A stretch of 64,000 nt of DNA from Promethearchaeota archaeon. GTDB lineage: Archaea; Asgardarchaeota; Lokiarchaeia; Sigyniarchaeales; SOKP01. Below the pieces are notes generated by a model. That model did no database searches. It worked only from the letters and a program-made list of their open reading frames with translations, and had not been told where the DNA came from. Location of the stretch: contig JAFGGO010000114.1 in assembly GCA_016930515.1 (NCBI GenBank), positions 32,001 through 96,000 of the forward strand. Direction: 5' to 3'. This document shows, in pieces, positions 50,672-59,695 of the stretch; the stretch's first letter is position 1, and each line of letters begins with the position of its first letter. The position numbers were made by a program, and so were the translations under genes.

Positions 50672-52330
50672 TTAAAATACGCCTCCCTTCTTTTTGACTG
50701 CACGTAACGCAAAGATTAAGAATGCCCCGAAGATTATCACCAGGATGCTGGCAAAAACAGCACTCTGCCACGCAGTTGCTTCGACCCAATCAACAATCAA
50801 GACGGGAACCGTGCGAACACTCCCCATGACGACGATTGTTGCCCCAGTTTCTCCTAAAGAACGCGTAAAGACCATAATGGCACCTGCAATTATTCCCTGC
50901 TTGATGTTTGGAAGAGTTATTCTCCGAAAAACGGTTAAATCACACGCCCCTAGCGTTCTTGCAGCTTCCTCGACGCCCCTGTTAGAACCCTCCAAAACCC
51001 CTATGATCGGACGAACCATATAGGGAAATGTAAAACATATATGGACGAAAAGTATCATTAAAAAACCAGGGGTGAGTAATCCCAGTCCTGCGGGACCCCA
51101 AAAGAGGAAAAGTGCAAATCCTAATGCAGCCGAGGGTATTGCTACAGGTATATCAAGTAAGGTATCTAAGATAGTAATTACCTTACCCCATTTACGCCTG
51201 GTAATGATATAGGCGAAAGGTATTCCAAAAACGATATTTATTGCCACTGCTAAAGCGCCAATTTGAATCGAATAGATCATGCTTTTATAGAGGAAAACCC
51301 ACTTTTGATCTTCACCTCCAAGTTCTTCAAAAGCAGATCCTCCCGAGAATTGAGTGATAACATAGAACGCGGGTATTAAAATCATTATAATTAAGATTCC
51401 CATTGTTGCGATATCTCTAAAATGGCGAAGGTATTTATGACTTAGTTTTTTTTCTAACTTTGGTATTACTTTTTTTAAAGGAAATCCAATTTTCCTCGTA
51501 AAAAATTTTATCGAAAAGAGCAATATTAAAGAAACCAATATCAATATTGCAGCGACGAGCGATGCAGATGGCAAGTCTAGCTGTCTTCGAAATCCCACGA
51601 TTAATATGGGTGCAGTTTCAACAAGACCAGATATGATAATCGTTGCTCCTGTTTCTCCAAGACTTCGTGTGAAAGAAAGAATGGCCCCAGCAATTATCCC
51701 TTCTTTCATCATTGGGAGCGTTATAGTCCTGAATACTGTTATTCCAGAAGCCCCTAGCGTTCTTGCTGCGTCTTCGTAGAGCGTATCGGTTTTTTCCAGG
51801 ACGATTTTCATATTGCGAACAATATAAGGGAAAGTAAAAACGATATGCCCTAGTATTATTAATTCAAACCCCGGAACGATTCCAAAAATGCCCCAAAACA
51901 ACATTAAAGAAAAGCCAAGGGTGCTCGTTGGAACGGCCATTGGTAAGTCGACTAGTGCATCGAGAATTTTTTTACCTCGAAAGTTATAGCGAGTAAGGAT
52001 AATTGCCGTGGGAAATGCTATGATTAAGTCAAAAATTACGGCGACCGTGGCAATAAAAAATGAGTTTCCTAAAGCTTCAAGAATTCTTTGCCACTTTAAA
52101 TCCCCTAATAAAGGATCGTTAAAGACCGTTTGGTCAATAGAAGAAGTGTTTATGAAGATTGTCGAGAAAATATTGATGATTGGTCCTATAATGATGAGGA
52201 AGAAAAAGACTATAGTGATAGCATCAAGAATCTTTCTATATAATGGTTTTGAGAAAAGTTTATCAACTCTTAAGCTAAGAGAAAGTTGATTTCCATTGGT
52301 TTTTTTTTGTTTGTTTAATTTCGCTAACAT
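50672..52330 (-). CDS. ABC importer permease with two fused TM domains (ModB/CysT/FbpB-like)
   Basis: Two EAA loops (EDAARTLGA, EEAARTLGA) and two TRSLGETGAT motifs. Confidence 0.93.
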   Translation of the reverse strand: MLAKLNKQKKTNGNQLSLSLRVDKLFSKPLYRKILDAITIVFFFLIIIGPIINIFSTIFINTSSIDQTVFNDPLLGDLKWQRILEALGNSFFIATVAVIFDLIIAFPTAIILTRYNFRGKKILDALVDLPMAVPTSTLGFSLMLFWGIFGIVPGFELIILGHIVFTFPYIVRNMKIVLEKTDTLYEDAARTLGASGITVFRTITLPMMKEGIIAGAILSFTRSLGETGATIIISGLVETAPILIVGFRRQLDLPSASLVAAILILVSLILLFSIKFFTRKIGFPLKKVIPKLEKKLSHKYLRHFRDIATMGILIIMILIPAFYVITQFSGGSAFEELGGEDQKWVFLYKSMIYSIQIGALAVAINIVFGIPFAYIITRRKWGKVITILDTLLDIPVAIPSAALGFALFLFWGPAGLGLLTPGFLMILFVHICFTFPYMVRPIIGVLEGSNRGVEEAARTLGACDLTVFRRITLPNIKQGIIAGAIMVFTRSLGETGATIVVMGSVRTVPVLIVDWVEATAWQSAVFASILVIIFGAFLIFALRAVKKKGGVF

Positions 52331-52352
52331 TTAAATCAATTTATAAAAGTAA

Positions 52353-53492
52353 TTATGCTGTAGCTTTACAAAGATACCACAAATCAGGAATTTTAAGTAA
52401 GACATTTCCACTATTAGGCGTATTAAGTTCTGGCACGCTAATATTATAACGAATTCCGTGAGATTCATAATTAAATATAGATGGATCAAGTGGAATCGTA
52501 GAATCAATGGGTCTAAACCCATATCGCATAGCAGAAATAACCGTATCTCTTTTGTTTAGAAAATCAAGAAACGCTTCTGCCACATTTCTCTGTTCTGGAG
52601 AGATCCAATTGGCATTTAACACGCAAAATGGATGATCGCTGTATAATGTACCTTCTTCGGGGTAAATGGCAATGATCTTGCCACCCGTGGCCGAATTGGA
52701 AATATCACTCACGAGATTTTCGTATAAAAAAGCAATATTTAAAGAATCTGGGCCCCCATCCTTCATATATCGAGACAAGAAACCAGTTGATTTTCCATAT
52801 AATACGGCACTTGATTCGAATTCTTTTATCCATTTTTCGACATCAGGATTGAGAAGGTCTTCCATCGTGAGATTTTCTGATGCCTTTTCTGAGGCTGCCG
52901 CTAAGGCCATAATAGTTGTCATGAATCCCGAATTAGATAACCTTGGATCTGTATGAGCCATTCTCATAATTACGCTAGGATCAAGGTTAAGGCGCCTTAT
53001 ATCTGCAAGGCTTCTTATAGCATGTGTTTGGTTGAAAGTTTCCCAAGTAGCTATTACTATAGGAGAATATATGATTTTAATTGCTTCGTCTATTTTCACA
53101 AGATCGTCTCCTTCGGTGTAATCCTTCCATTTCGTGTTGAGAAAAGGCATCCAAATCGAACTCGCAGGACTCCAAATCGTTGGATGGATCTCATCATTAA
53201 GAATACTTATAATGGAATCCGAAGAACCATATGGATGCATTTCAATCGTAATTTTTTCCTCAGGATGTTCTCTAGACCATTCTTCTAAAAAATTATTGTA
53301 AGCTACGGTCATCCAACTCGCTTTTTCTGAACTATATATGATTGTTATGTGTACTCCGCCTTCTCCACCAAGAAGAACTGCGTTTGTAATAAGATCTCCA
53401 GAAACGAATCCAATAATAAATAGAAGAAATAAGGATCCAATGCTCTTTTTTCTGATTTTTCGAGAGCTATTTTTTTTTTTCTTAATTCTCAT
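52353..53492 (-). CDS. Membrane-anchored extracellular solute-binding protein (class II fold)
   Basis: N-terminal TM anchor; SSEK, PTIWSPASSIW, TDPRLSNSG, AIYPEEGTLYSDHP and YGFRP motifs. Confidence 0.88.
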   Translation of the reverse strand: MRIKKKKNSSRKIRKKSIGSLFLLFIIGFVSGDLITNAVLLGGEGGVHITIIYSSEKASWMTVAYNNFLEEWSREHPEEKITIEMHPYGSSDSIISILNDEIHPTIWSPASSIWMPFLNTKWKDYTEGDDLVKIDEAIKIIYSPIVIATWETFNQTHAIRSLADIRRLNLDPSVIMRMAHTDPRLSNSGFMTTIMALAAASEKASENLTMEDLLNPDVEKWIKEFESSAVLYGKSTGFLSRYMKDGGPDSLNIAFLYENLVSDISNSATGGKIIAIYPEEGTLYSDHPFCVLNANWISPEQRNVAEAFLDFLNKRDTVISAMRYGFRPIDSTIPLDPSIFNYESHGIRYNISVPELNTPNSGNVLLKIPDLWYLCKATA

Positions 53493-53496
53493 AATA

Positions 53497-53595
53497 TCAA
53501 ATAAATAGACTTATATAATTATCAACAAGGCTAAATATTATTCCAAAAACGATCCCAACTACGAGGATGACTAAATATAAAAATTCTCTTTTCAT
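53497..53595 (-). CDS. 32-aa single-TM peptide at the head of the ABC operon
   Basis: Below the ORF-track cutoff. Translates as MKREFLYLVILVVGIVFGIIFSLVDNYISLFI and stops 4 nt before the SBP start. Confidence 0.55.
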   Translation of the reverse strand: MKREFLYLVILVVGIVFGIIFSLVDNYISLFI

Positions 53596-53683
53596 AATAA
53601 TATTGTCCAGCCTAATTTGTTAATCAGTTTAGTTTTTGCAATTTTTAAGATTTTATAAGACTAAATGGTTTATTATATAATGG

Positions 53684-53725
53684 TCTATAGAATATAGAGA
53701 ACTATAGAGAATATATATGGAATAT
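53684..53725. promoter_or_regulatory. Tandem TATAGA(GAA) repeats upstream of the ABC operon
   Basis: TCTATAGAA-TATAGAGAA-C-TATAGAGAA-TATATATGGAATAT next to TTATATAA at 53673-53680. Confidence 0.55.
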
Positions 53726-53868
53726 TTTTTAACCATGATTTTATTGAATTAAAATAATATTAGTTAAGATGATTATATTCTTAATATTCATATAATAGCA
53801 ATTCAGTTTTGAGAGCTTGATTAAAATCCTAAATCGTAATAAAAAAGGATAAAATATTAATTATTTTT

Positions 53869-54561
53869 TTATAGAACATTAGAACTTGTTAACAATTGCA
53901 TTATATAATCAGCAACAATTTCGATCGAATCAGAAATCGCTTCCATTATATCCATTGTGTTTCCAAATGTAAAAATAGTGAAGGGATTCACATTATATGG
54001 CGTTTCTTGAAGGCTTTTTCTGAGCTTAATGTTTATTATATCTATCTCGTGTTCGAGGAGGTTGATTTCTTTTGCAAATGCTTTTACTTGTTGTCGATCG
54101 CCTAATAAATTAATAACGATTTTATCCAAGTATTCGGCGCATTTCACGGTCGTGTTCATCATCAAGTCGATTAATTTAATTGTTTCTTCGCTACTTTGCT
54201 CCCAGAATTTTATTGGAATCGTTGCTATTCTTCTCGCTACTCCCGTTGCGCAATTTGCAACATCATCTAATCTTTTTATTAGATGCGATAAATCTATCCT
54301 CACACTTGGGTTTAATTCGCCTTTTGATATGCCAGTTAATATTTCTCTTCGAATACTATCAGCTTCCCCTTCGAAAACATCCACTTCGTGAAAAATATCA
54401 TAGCACTTCTCGAGATCTTTTGATTTTAACAATAAAATCATTCCCTCGTTCAATTTGAACACGCATTCTTGCACTTTTTGAGCATGTTTTATTGCTTGTT
54501 CTAAAACGGATGTTGCTGTCTTTTTTTTAAAATATTCTATCAATGAACCCATATTATTCAC
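53869..54561 (-). CDS. DUF47 / PhoU-like phosphate transport regulator
   Basis: FEGEADSIRR, LDDVAN, LEHEID and ISDSIEIVAD motifs; downstream of pit. Confidence 0.92.
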   Translation of the reverse strand: MNNMGSLIEYFKKKTATSVLEQAIKHAQKVQECVFKLNEGMILLLKSKDLEKCYDIFHEVDVFEGEADSIRREILTGISKGELNPSVRIDLSHLIKRLDDVANCATGVARRIATIPIKFWEQSSEETIKLIDLMMNTTVKCAEYLDKIVINLLGDRQQVKAFAKEINLLEHEIDIINIKLRKSLQETPYNVNPFTIFTFGNTMDIMEAISDSIEIVADYIMQLLTSSNVL

Positions 54562-54605
54562 ATCGCTTCCTATTATTCCTATATTTTTTTACTTTAAATA
54601 TTTAT

Positions 54606-55628
54606 TTAATGAAATCCATTTACATAAAACCCAAAATAGACTAACCCTCCTACAAGTGCAGAGATCGGTAAGGTTAGAAACCAATACAATGCCATTTTTC
54701 CAATTCCTCTATAATCAACTTCTTGTTTCTTAGCTACATTCAATCCAATTATACAAAACACGATCACGTGACTATGACTTATTGGTATGCCTAAAGGAGT
54801 TACCACAAACAACACAATAAATGTTGCAAGTTGAAGTATGAAACCTTCGCTTGGGCGCGCATCGGTTGTTTGGCTGGCTAAGTTTTTAATAACAAAACGA
54901 CCTGCAATATATATACCTAAGAGTGCAAAAATTCCAAGAAAAACTTTCCAAAACCAATACGCACCTAAATTTAAGTAATTTTCATCGAATAAAGCATAAA
55001 TTATTCCCAAAGCTTCTGCGGAATTTGCACCCGTATATATAGACACGCCAAATACTGCAAGTAATAATGCCCATGAGAATGAATTTTCGGATTTTTCTAT
55101 AGAATTCAATCCTTTAAATCTATTTAAGAAATACTTGGCTATGATTTTATAAAAAAGATAAGTTAAAAGAAACCCAACCACCGGACTTAGGAGCCAACCA
55201 ATACCAATCGAAATCATTATTTCCCAATTGAATGCTCCAGATATATTTATGTTCTCGAGTGAGATAAAAACAATAATAACGCCAAAAATCGAACCAAATA
55301 GTGAATGTGTCGACGATAAAGGTATTCCTGAGAAACTTCCGATTATTAACCAAACAATTGCGCTTATTAGAACGCTTAACAGCATATATATGGTGTATGT
55401 AACATCTTCACCTACAAATTTCTTACCTACCGTGCTGGCTACTTCTTCTGAAAGAAATATAGTACCAATTGCTAAACCAACACCACCTAATATAAGAACG
55501 CTTTTAAATTTGAGGGTCCCCGCAGCAGCTAAAGGTGCAGGTGTCTCATCGTTTGCTCCAATGGAGAAAGAGAGGAAGAGAGCAAGTAAGATTAATACTA
55601 TAACTATGTAATTACTTAACTCTTCCAT
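54606..55628 (-). CDS. pit: PiT family inorganic phosphate transporter
   Basis: GAND, GIPLSSTH, GANSAE and GIPISHSH motifs. Confidence 0.92.
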   Translation of the reverse strand: MEELSNYIVIVLILLALFLSFSIGANDETPAPLAAAGTLKFKSVLILGGVGLAIGTIFLSEEVASTVGKKFVGEDVTYTIYMLLSVLISAIVWLIIGSFSGIPLSSTHSLFGSIFGVIIVFISLENINISGAFNWEIMISIGIGWLLSPVVGFLLTYLFYKIIAKYFLNRFKGLNSIEKSENSFSWALLLAVFGVSIYTGANSAEALGIIYALFDENYLNLGAYWFWKVFLGIFALLGIYIAGRFVIKNLASQTTDARPSEGFILQLATFIVLFVVTPLGIPISHSHVIVFCIIGLNVAKKQEVDYRGIGKMALYWFLTLPISALVGGLVYFGFYVNGFH

Positions 55629-55646
55629 AAAAAGCTACCGTAATAA

Positions 55647-56327
55647 CTATTTAAAAATTAGATATTTAGTCGATAAGAACTGAATGTATTCCGAAAAGTT
55701 CTTGATGTGATCAGCCATCATCATTATATCTTCTATAAGCTCTTTTAAGTAAAGATATGTACGACTTAAATAATCCATATCGTAATTCCAAAGGCGATCT
55801 AGGAGATTCCATTCGATTTTTCGCATTTTTCTTCGTTCTTCTTTGATTTCTTCGCAAGTTTCATATGCTTTTTCAAGATCAATGCTTACAAGCTTTACTG
55901 CGCTCGTTATTTTATTCGATAAATCCTTTAAAGAATTTTTTATATTAGTAATACCATTCTTAAATTCATCATCGGGAAAAATAACTTTATACAGGAGCAA
56001 TCTATGAGCCACAAATTCTCCTATATCCTTTATTTCGTTAATCTTAGAAAATAACTTGAGTCTATCTGCTTTTGTAAATGAAGATTTTTTTGATCTATAT
56101 AACCTTGATTCAAAAGACTTCTTAATTTCTTCTTCTTTTGCCGTTTGAATAACTTCTTTAAGACTCGAGGCAAATTTGTCGAAGTCTTCCTGAATTAACC
56201 ATTCAATTCCTTCCATGAGTTTAATGTTTTGATCGTTAATGCTCTCCATAAATATATGAGTTAGCTCATCGATATTTAACTTTTTAAACTCTTTTTCTGA
56301 ATTGGGTAATGTCATTCTAAATACCAC
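55647..56327 (-). CDS. Divergent DUF47/PhoU-like helical protein
   Basis: FTKADRLKL, EERRKMR and IEDIMMMADHIKN motifs; lies between phoU and pit. Confidence 0.7.
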   Translation of the reverse strand: MVFRMTLPNSEKEFKKLNIDELTHIFMESINDQNIKLMEGIEWLIQEDFDKFASSLKEVIQTAKEEEIKKSFESRLYRSKKSSFTKADRLKLFSKINEIKDIGEFVAHRLLLYKVIFPDDEFKNGITNIKNSLKDLSNKITSAVKLVSIDLEKAYETCEEIKEERRKMRKIEWNLLDRLWNYDMDYLSRTYLYLKELIEDIMMMADHIKNFSEYIQFLSTKYLIFK

Positions 56328-56496
56328 GATAGTAGGAATTAATTTTTTGCCTAATTATCATCGCATATATCCGTGCTCAATTATTTTTAGGTTCTGATGT
56401 TAATATATTTCTAAAAATTATATTGTTTAAATTATTATAGGTTTCTTAACTCCTTAAAATTTTTTTTGTCTAAAGCAGTTTTAAATAAAGGTATTC

Positions 56497-57495
56497 TTAA
56501 TTCATCAAGTAATCAATGATAAGTTCAGTAATGTCAGAAGAATATTCCCCTGCTCTTCTAATGCTTTCAATGATATAACTTAAAGCGATGGTTAGGTGTA
56601 AATTACCATTGCTTGTTAATTGATTTATTTCTTCACAAGCAGCGTTCAATTCTTTTACGGATTCAATATTTTGATTTGACATGTTTATGTTCTTTTGAAG
56701 TAAAGCGTCTAAACTATTATTTAATAATTTCATTGATATTTTGCTAGCGCGAGATATATCATCAATAGTATTTGAATCTATTTCATATTTAATCAAATTT
56801 TTCACATTTTTCGCTAAATTTACGCCGTGATCAGCAATGCGTTCTAAAAGTCTTCCAATTAAATGATAAAAATGCGCTTCTTCTAATGATACACCCATTT
56901 TTTGAGCAAGTATGATATCTCTCAAGGCTATATTAGTCTGCCTTGCGATTAACCATTGTAATCTATCGATATCATCATCACGTTTAGCAATGTCATCTGC
57001 CAATTCTTGGTTACTCGTTCTTAAAGCTTTAATTGCGTCCAGATGCATGTTTTCAGCAATGATGTACATTCTCTTGATTGTTTTATGGAAAGGCATCTCG
57101 TTTGGATTTAGTAAATCCTTTAATGTAATCTGATTTGAGGTTTCTTCAATTATTTCGGGACCAATCACAATTTGAGTGAAATATATAATCTTTTCCCTGG
57201 TTTTTGATTCAATTTTTCTGCTTGATTTAATAACTAGTTTTGTATACCCCATAATATAAGCCCCTATCAGTAGTCTAAATAAAAAATCATTATCTTTTAC
57301 CTCGTCGAAATCGATATCTTTTTTTCTCTCCACGCCACGTGGGTCTACTTGTGGAGTGATTAACAAATTGCCATCGGGTTGAGTAATGATACCTAAGAGA
57401 TCGTTTTTCTTGATAGAGCGCTTTTTAATCCACTCTTTTGGGAGACTCACAATATAAGACGATCCTCCAGTCTGTTGAACTTTCCTCGTTTCCAT
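56497..57495 (-). CDS. phoU: Archaeal phosphate uptake regulator (AbrB N-terminus + PhoU domains)
   Basis: METRKVQQTGGSSYIVSLPKEW, RDDDIDRL and LERIADH motifs. Confidence 0.95.
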   Translation of the reverse strand: METRKVQQTGGSSYIVSLPKEWIKKRSIKKNDLLGIITQPDGNLLITPQVDPRGVERKKDIDFDEVKDNDFLFRLLIGAYIMGYTKLVIKSSRKIESKTREKIIYFTQIVIGPEIIEETSNQITLKDLLNPNEMPFHKTIKRMYIIAENMHLDAIKALRTSNQELADDIAKRDDDIDRLQWLIARQTNIALRDIILAQKMGVSLEEAHFYHLIGRLLERIADHGVNLAKNVKNLIKYEIDSNTIDDISRASKISMKLLNNSLDALLQKNINMSNQNIESVKELNAACEEINQLTSNGNLHLTIALSYIIESIRRAGEYSSDITELIIDYLMN

Positions 57496-57710
57496 TTAAA
57501 TACCACTAATTATTATATATATACAAGTTATTCAAACTATATATCATATATATAGAATAATACATTACTTAAGAGAATATCGAGTCTAAAAAGAATTCAC
57601 TAAGTTATTATATTAATTTTCATTTTTTTCAAATCTATATATTAGGACTAAAAAGTATAGAGTTAATTATATAAGATTTTATAGAGTTAAATTTGATAAA
57701 AGGCAGGTAT

Positions 57711-59309
57711 CTAATAAAGTGGAATTCCAACAACACTTTTATGATATTTCTTTCCAAGCATTTTCATCAATGTGGGTACAATATCGGTCGTTTTACAGAA
57801 TGGAATCCTTTTTTGCAGAATCTCTTCAGATCCCCCAATGATAAGAGGCACTATTGAGCTTTTTCTGAGGCCTATATCGTGCGTGTAATGCGTATAACGC
57901 TCGTTTTTCCCATGAGACACCTTGTATAAAGTCCTTCCAAGCGTGCTCACGATTACATCGGCGCTTCTCGAGTTTTTGAAGTGGCGTGGGATGAGGTCAG
58001 GATACATGGCATGGTCTAAGTGGTATGTATATTCTAACCACTCGTCAATAGAGTGATACTTTCCATCTATCAATCTTGCAGCCTTATCGTCGTTGAAATA
58101 GCCAAACACATCGTTATTATCGTCTTCGCTTGAATATTTAGTTTTATACTGAGCTCCAGTGCCCTTATATTCGATAGAACCAGTAAGGATTTTGTGATTA
58201 TTAGGATTTTTCCTTTTTAAATAAATCGTTCCTTTTTTATAGGTATTGTCGTCTCCTCGAAAATACATTAATTGCACTCCTTTTAGTTGAAATATTTCTT
58301 GGATCATATCTTTTTTTTTGGGACCAAAATTCTGAAGTTCCTTCAGGGTAGGACGAGGCCAATAATTGCCATTTCTAAGATTACTAGAACCCTTGAAATG
58401 AAAATGCCCAACACTCGCAAATTCAGCGATGTTAACTGTTCCTTTGGGATTTTTACGCTCGTGATAATTTTTCAAACCCGTCCTTGAGTAAAAATGAGAT
58501 ATGTTTCCTATCTCCTTGACTCGATAATTACCATGGTCTGATGTGATTGCTATGGCTGTATCGTTTAAATAACCCAATTTATCGAGTTCCTTGATTAAAA
58601 CGCCAATTAATCTATCTATCAATAAAATATTAAGTTTATATAAAGAACTATCATATCCAAAAGTGTGCATCAAAATATCGGGCGTCATAAACCACAGGTT
58701 GCTTCCAATCGGTGCTTCATTGGTTTTAAAATACTTTTTTGGATTCTTGAAAGTATCTATGAGTTTTCTAACCACGATTCCATTTGCGTGAGCCATGAGT
58801 CTTGCAACATGTTTTTTTCGAAGAAACCCAAGGGTTAACAATTCGTAATATAAAGCGAGCCTTATCTTGTTTTTTGGAAAGATATAATTAGCTCCTCGTG
58901 AAATTAGTTGAGTTATACTCGCTCGATTGCCCTCCCCGATCATTTCCAACCAAGTTTGGCAATTCGTACCCAAATCAGAGTTCAGCTTATATATTTGAAG
59001 GAGCTCGTTAGTTCCAATTCCTCCATAATCCCTTAATTCGGGTGGTGTCGTCGCTCTATCCATCCAATGATAAGCGGTCACGCCATGGCTTGGCTCGTTC
59101 CTAAAATCACCCGTGTAAGTACCAGTGAGAATTGTAGGGTGCGTGGGATATGTGACTGAGGGAAAATCAGTACAGCAATTCTTTGAATAAATTCCAGTTT
59201 CTAATAGGTTTTTAAAATTCGGTAATAATCCTTTTTCGACAAAAGAAAAAAAATGACTTGCCCTTACATCGTCTATAATGCAAAAAATGACCCTATTTAT
59301 TTTATTAAT
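57711..59309 (-). CDS. Alkaline phosphatase superfamily (nucleotide pyrophosphatase/phosphodiesterase-like) enzyme
   Basis: The frame extends 228 nt upstream of the ORF-track start to include IIDDVR and FPSVTYPTHPTILTG (Thr nucleophile). Also PDILMH, TSDHG and THD. No ATG/GTG/TTG precedes the IIDD motif, so the start is probably ATT 59309 after SD GGTGA. Confidence 0.88.
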   Translation of the reverse strand: MNKINRVIFCIIDDVRASHFFSFVEKGLLPNFKNLLETGIYSKNCCTDFPSVTYPTHPTILTGTYTGDFRNEPSHGVTAYHWMDRATTPPELRDYGGIGTNELLQIYKLNSDLGTNCQTWLEMIGEGNRASITQLISRGANYIFPKNKIRLALYYELLTLGFLRKKHVARLMAHANGIVVRKLIDTFKNPKKYFKTNEAPIGSNLWFMTPDILMHTFGYDSSLYKLNILLIDRLIGVLIKELDKLGYLNDTAIAITSDHGNYRVKEIGNISHFYSRTGLKNYHERKNPKGTVNIAEFASVGHFHFKGSSNLRNGNYWPRPTLKELQNFGPKKKDMIQEIFQLKGVQLMYFRGDDNTYKKGTIYLKRKNPNNHKILTGSIEYKGTGAQYKTKYSSEDDNNDVFGYFNDDKAARLIDGKYHSIDEWLEYTYHLDHAMYPDLIPRHFKNSRSADVIVSTLGRTLYKVSHGKNERYTHYTHDIGLRKSSIVPLIIGGSEEILQKRIPFCKTTDIVPTLMKMLGKKYHKSVVGIPLY

Positions 59310-59467
59310 TTCGATTCACCACGTTCACTCTAAATATGCTAATAGAAGGTTTGAACTTAAAGATATTTATGACATCATAAGAAAATTTTTTACAAACTAA
59401 AAAAATTTGCTCTTGATATAATAATCATATAGTAAATGTGAACCATTATCGATAAAAAGGAGAAGAA

Positions 59468-59568
59468 AGCCCCCGGGGGGATTTGAACCCCCGACCTTCT
59501 GATTACAAGTCAGATGTTTCACAGAGCGTTGAGGTAACGATACTTCTATACCGCTAAGCCACGGAGGC
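59468..59568 (-). tRNA. tRNA-Thr(UGU) with a 29-nt intron at a non-canonical D-arm position (about 24/25)
   Basis: Acceptor GCCTCCG/CGGGGGC, anticodon arm TCTGA-CTTGTAA-TCAGA, T arm GGGGG-TTCAAAT-CCCCC. Removing 59517..59545 restores the D stem GCTT/TAGC. Confidence 0.93.
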
Positions 59569-59695
59569 TTCGATTAATATTCATCAATAATTCTCTACTG
59601 CTAAAAATTCTTTTTTCTTAATAATTTTTTTGGTAATTGATAATTCCACTGAATTAAATATCTTGATTAATCCAAATATGTTGTCTAAATTTTGT

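Noticed and set aside
59316-59318. In-frame TGA upstream of the phosphodiesterase as possible selenocysteine
   Set aside because: It is part of the GGTGA Shine-Dalgarno, precedes the first conserved strand and does not correspond to a Cys position.
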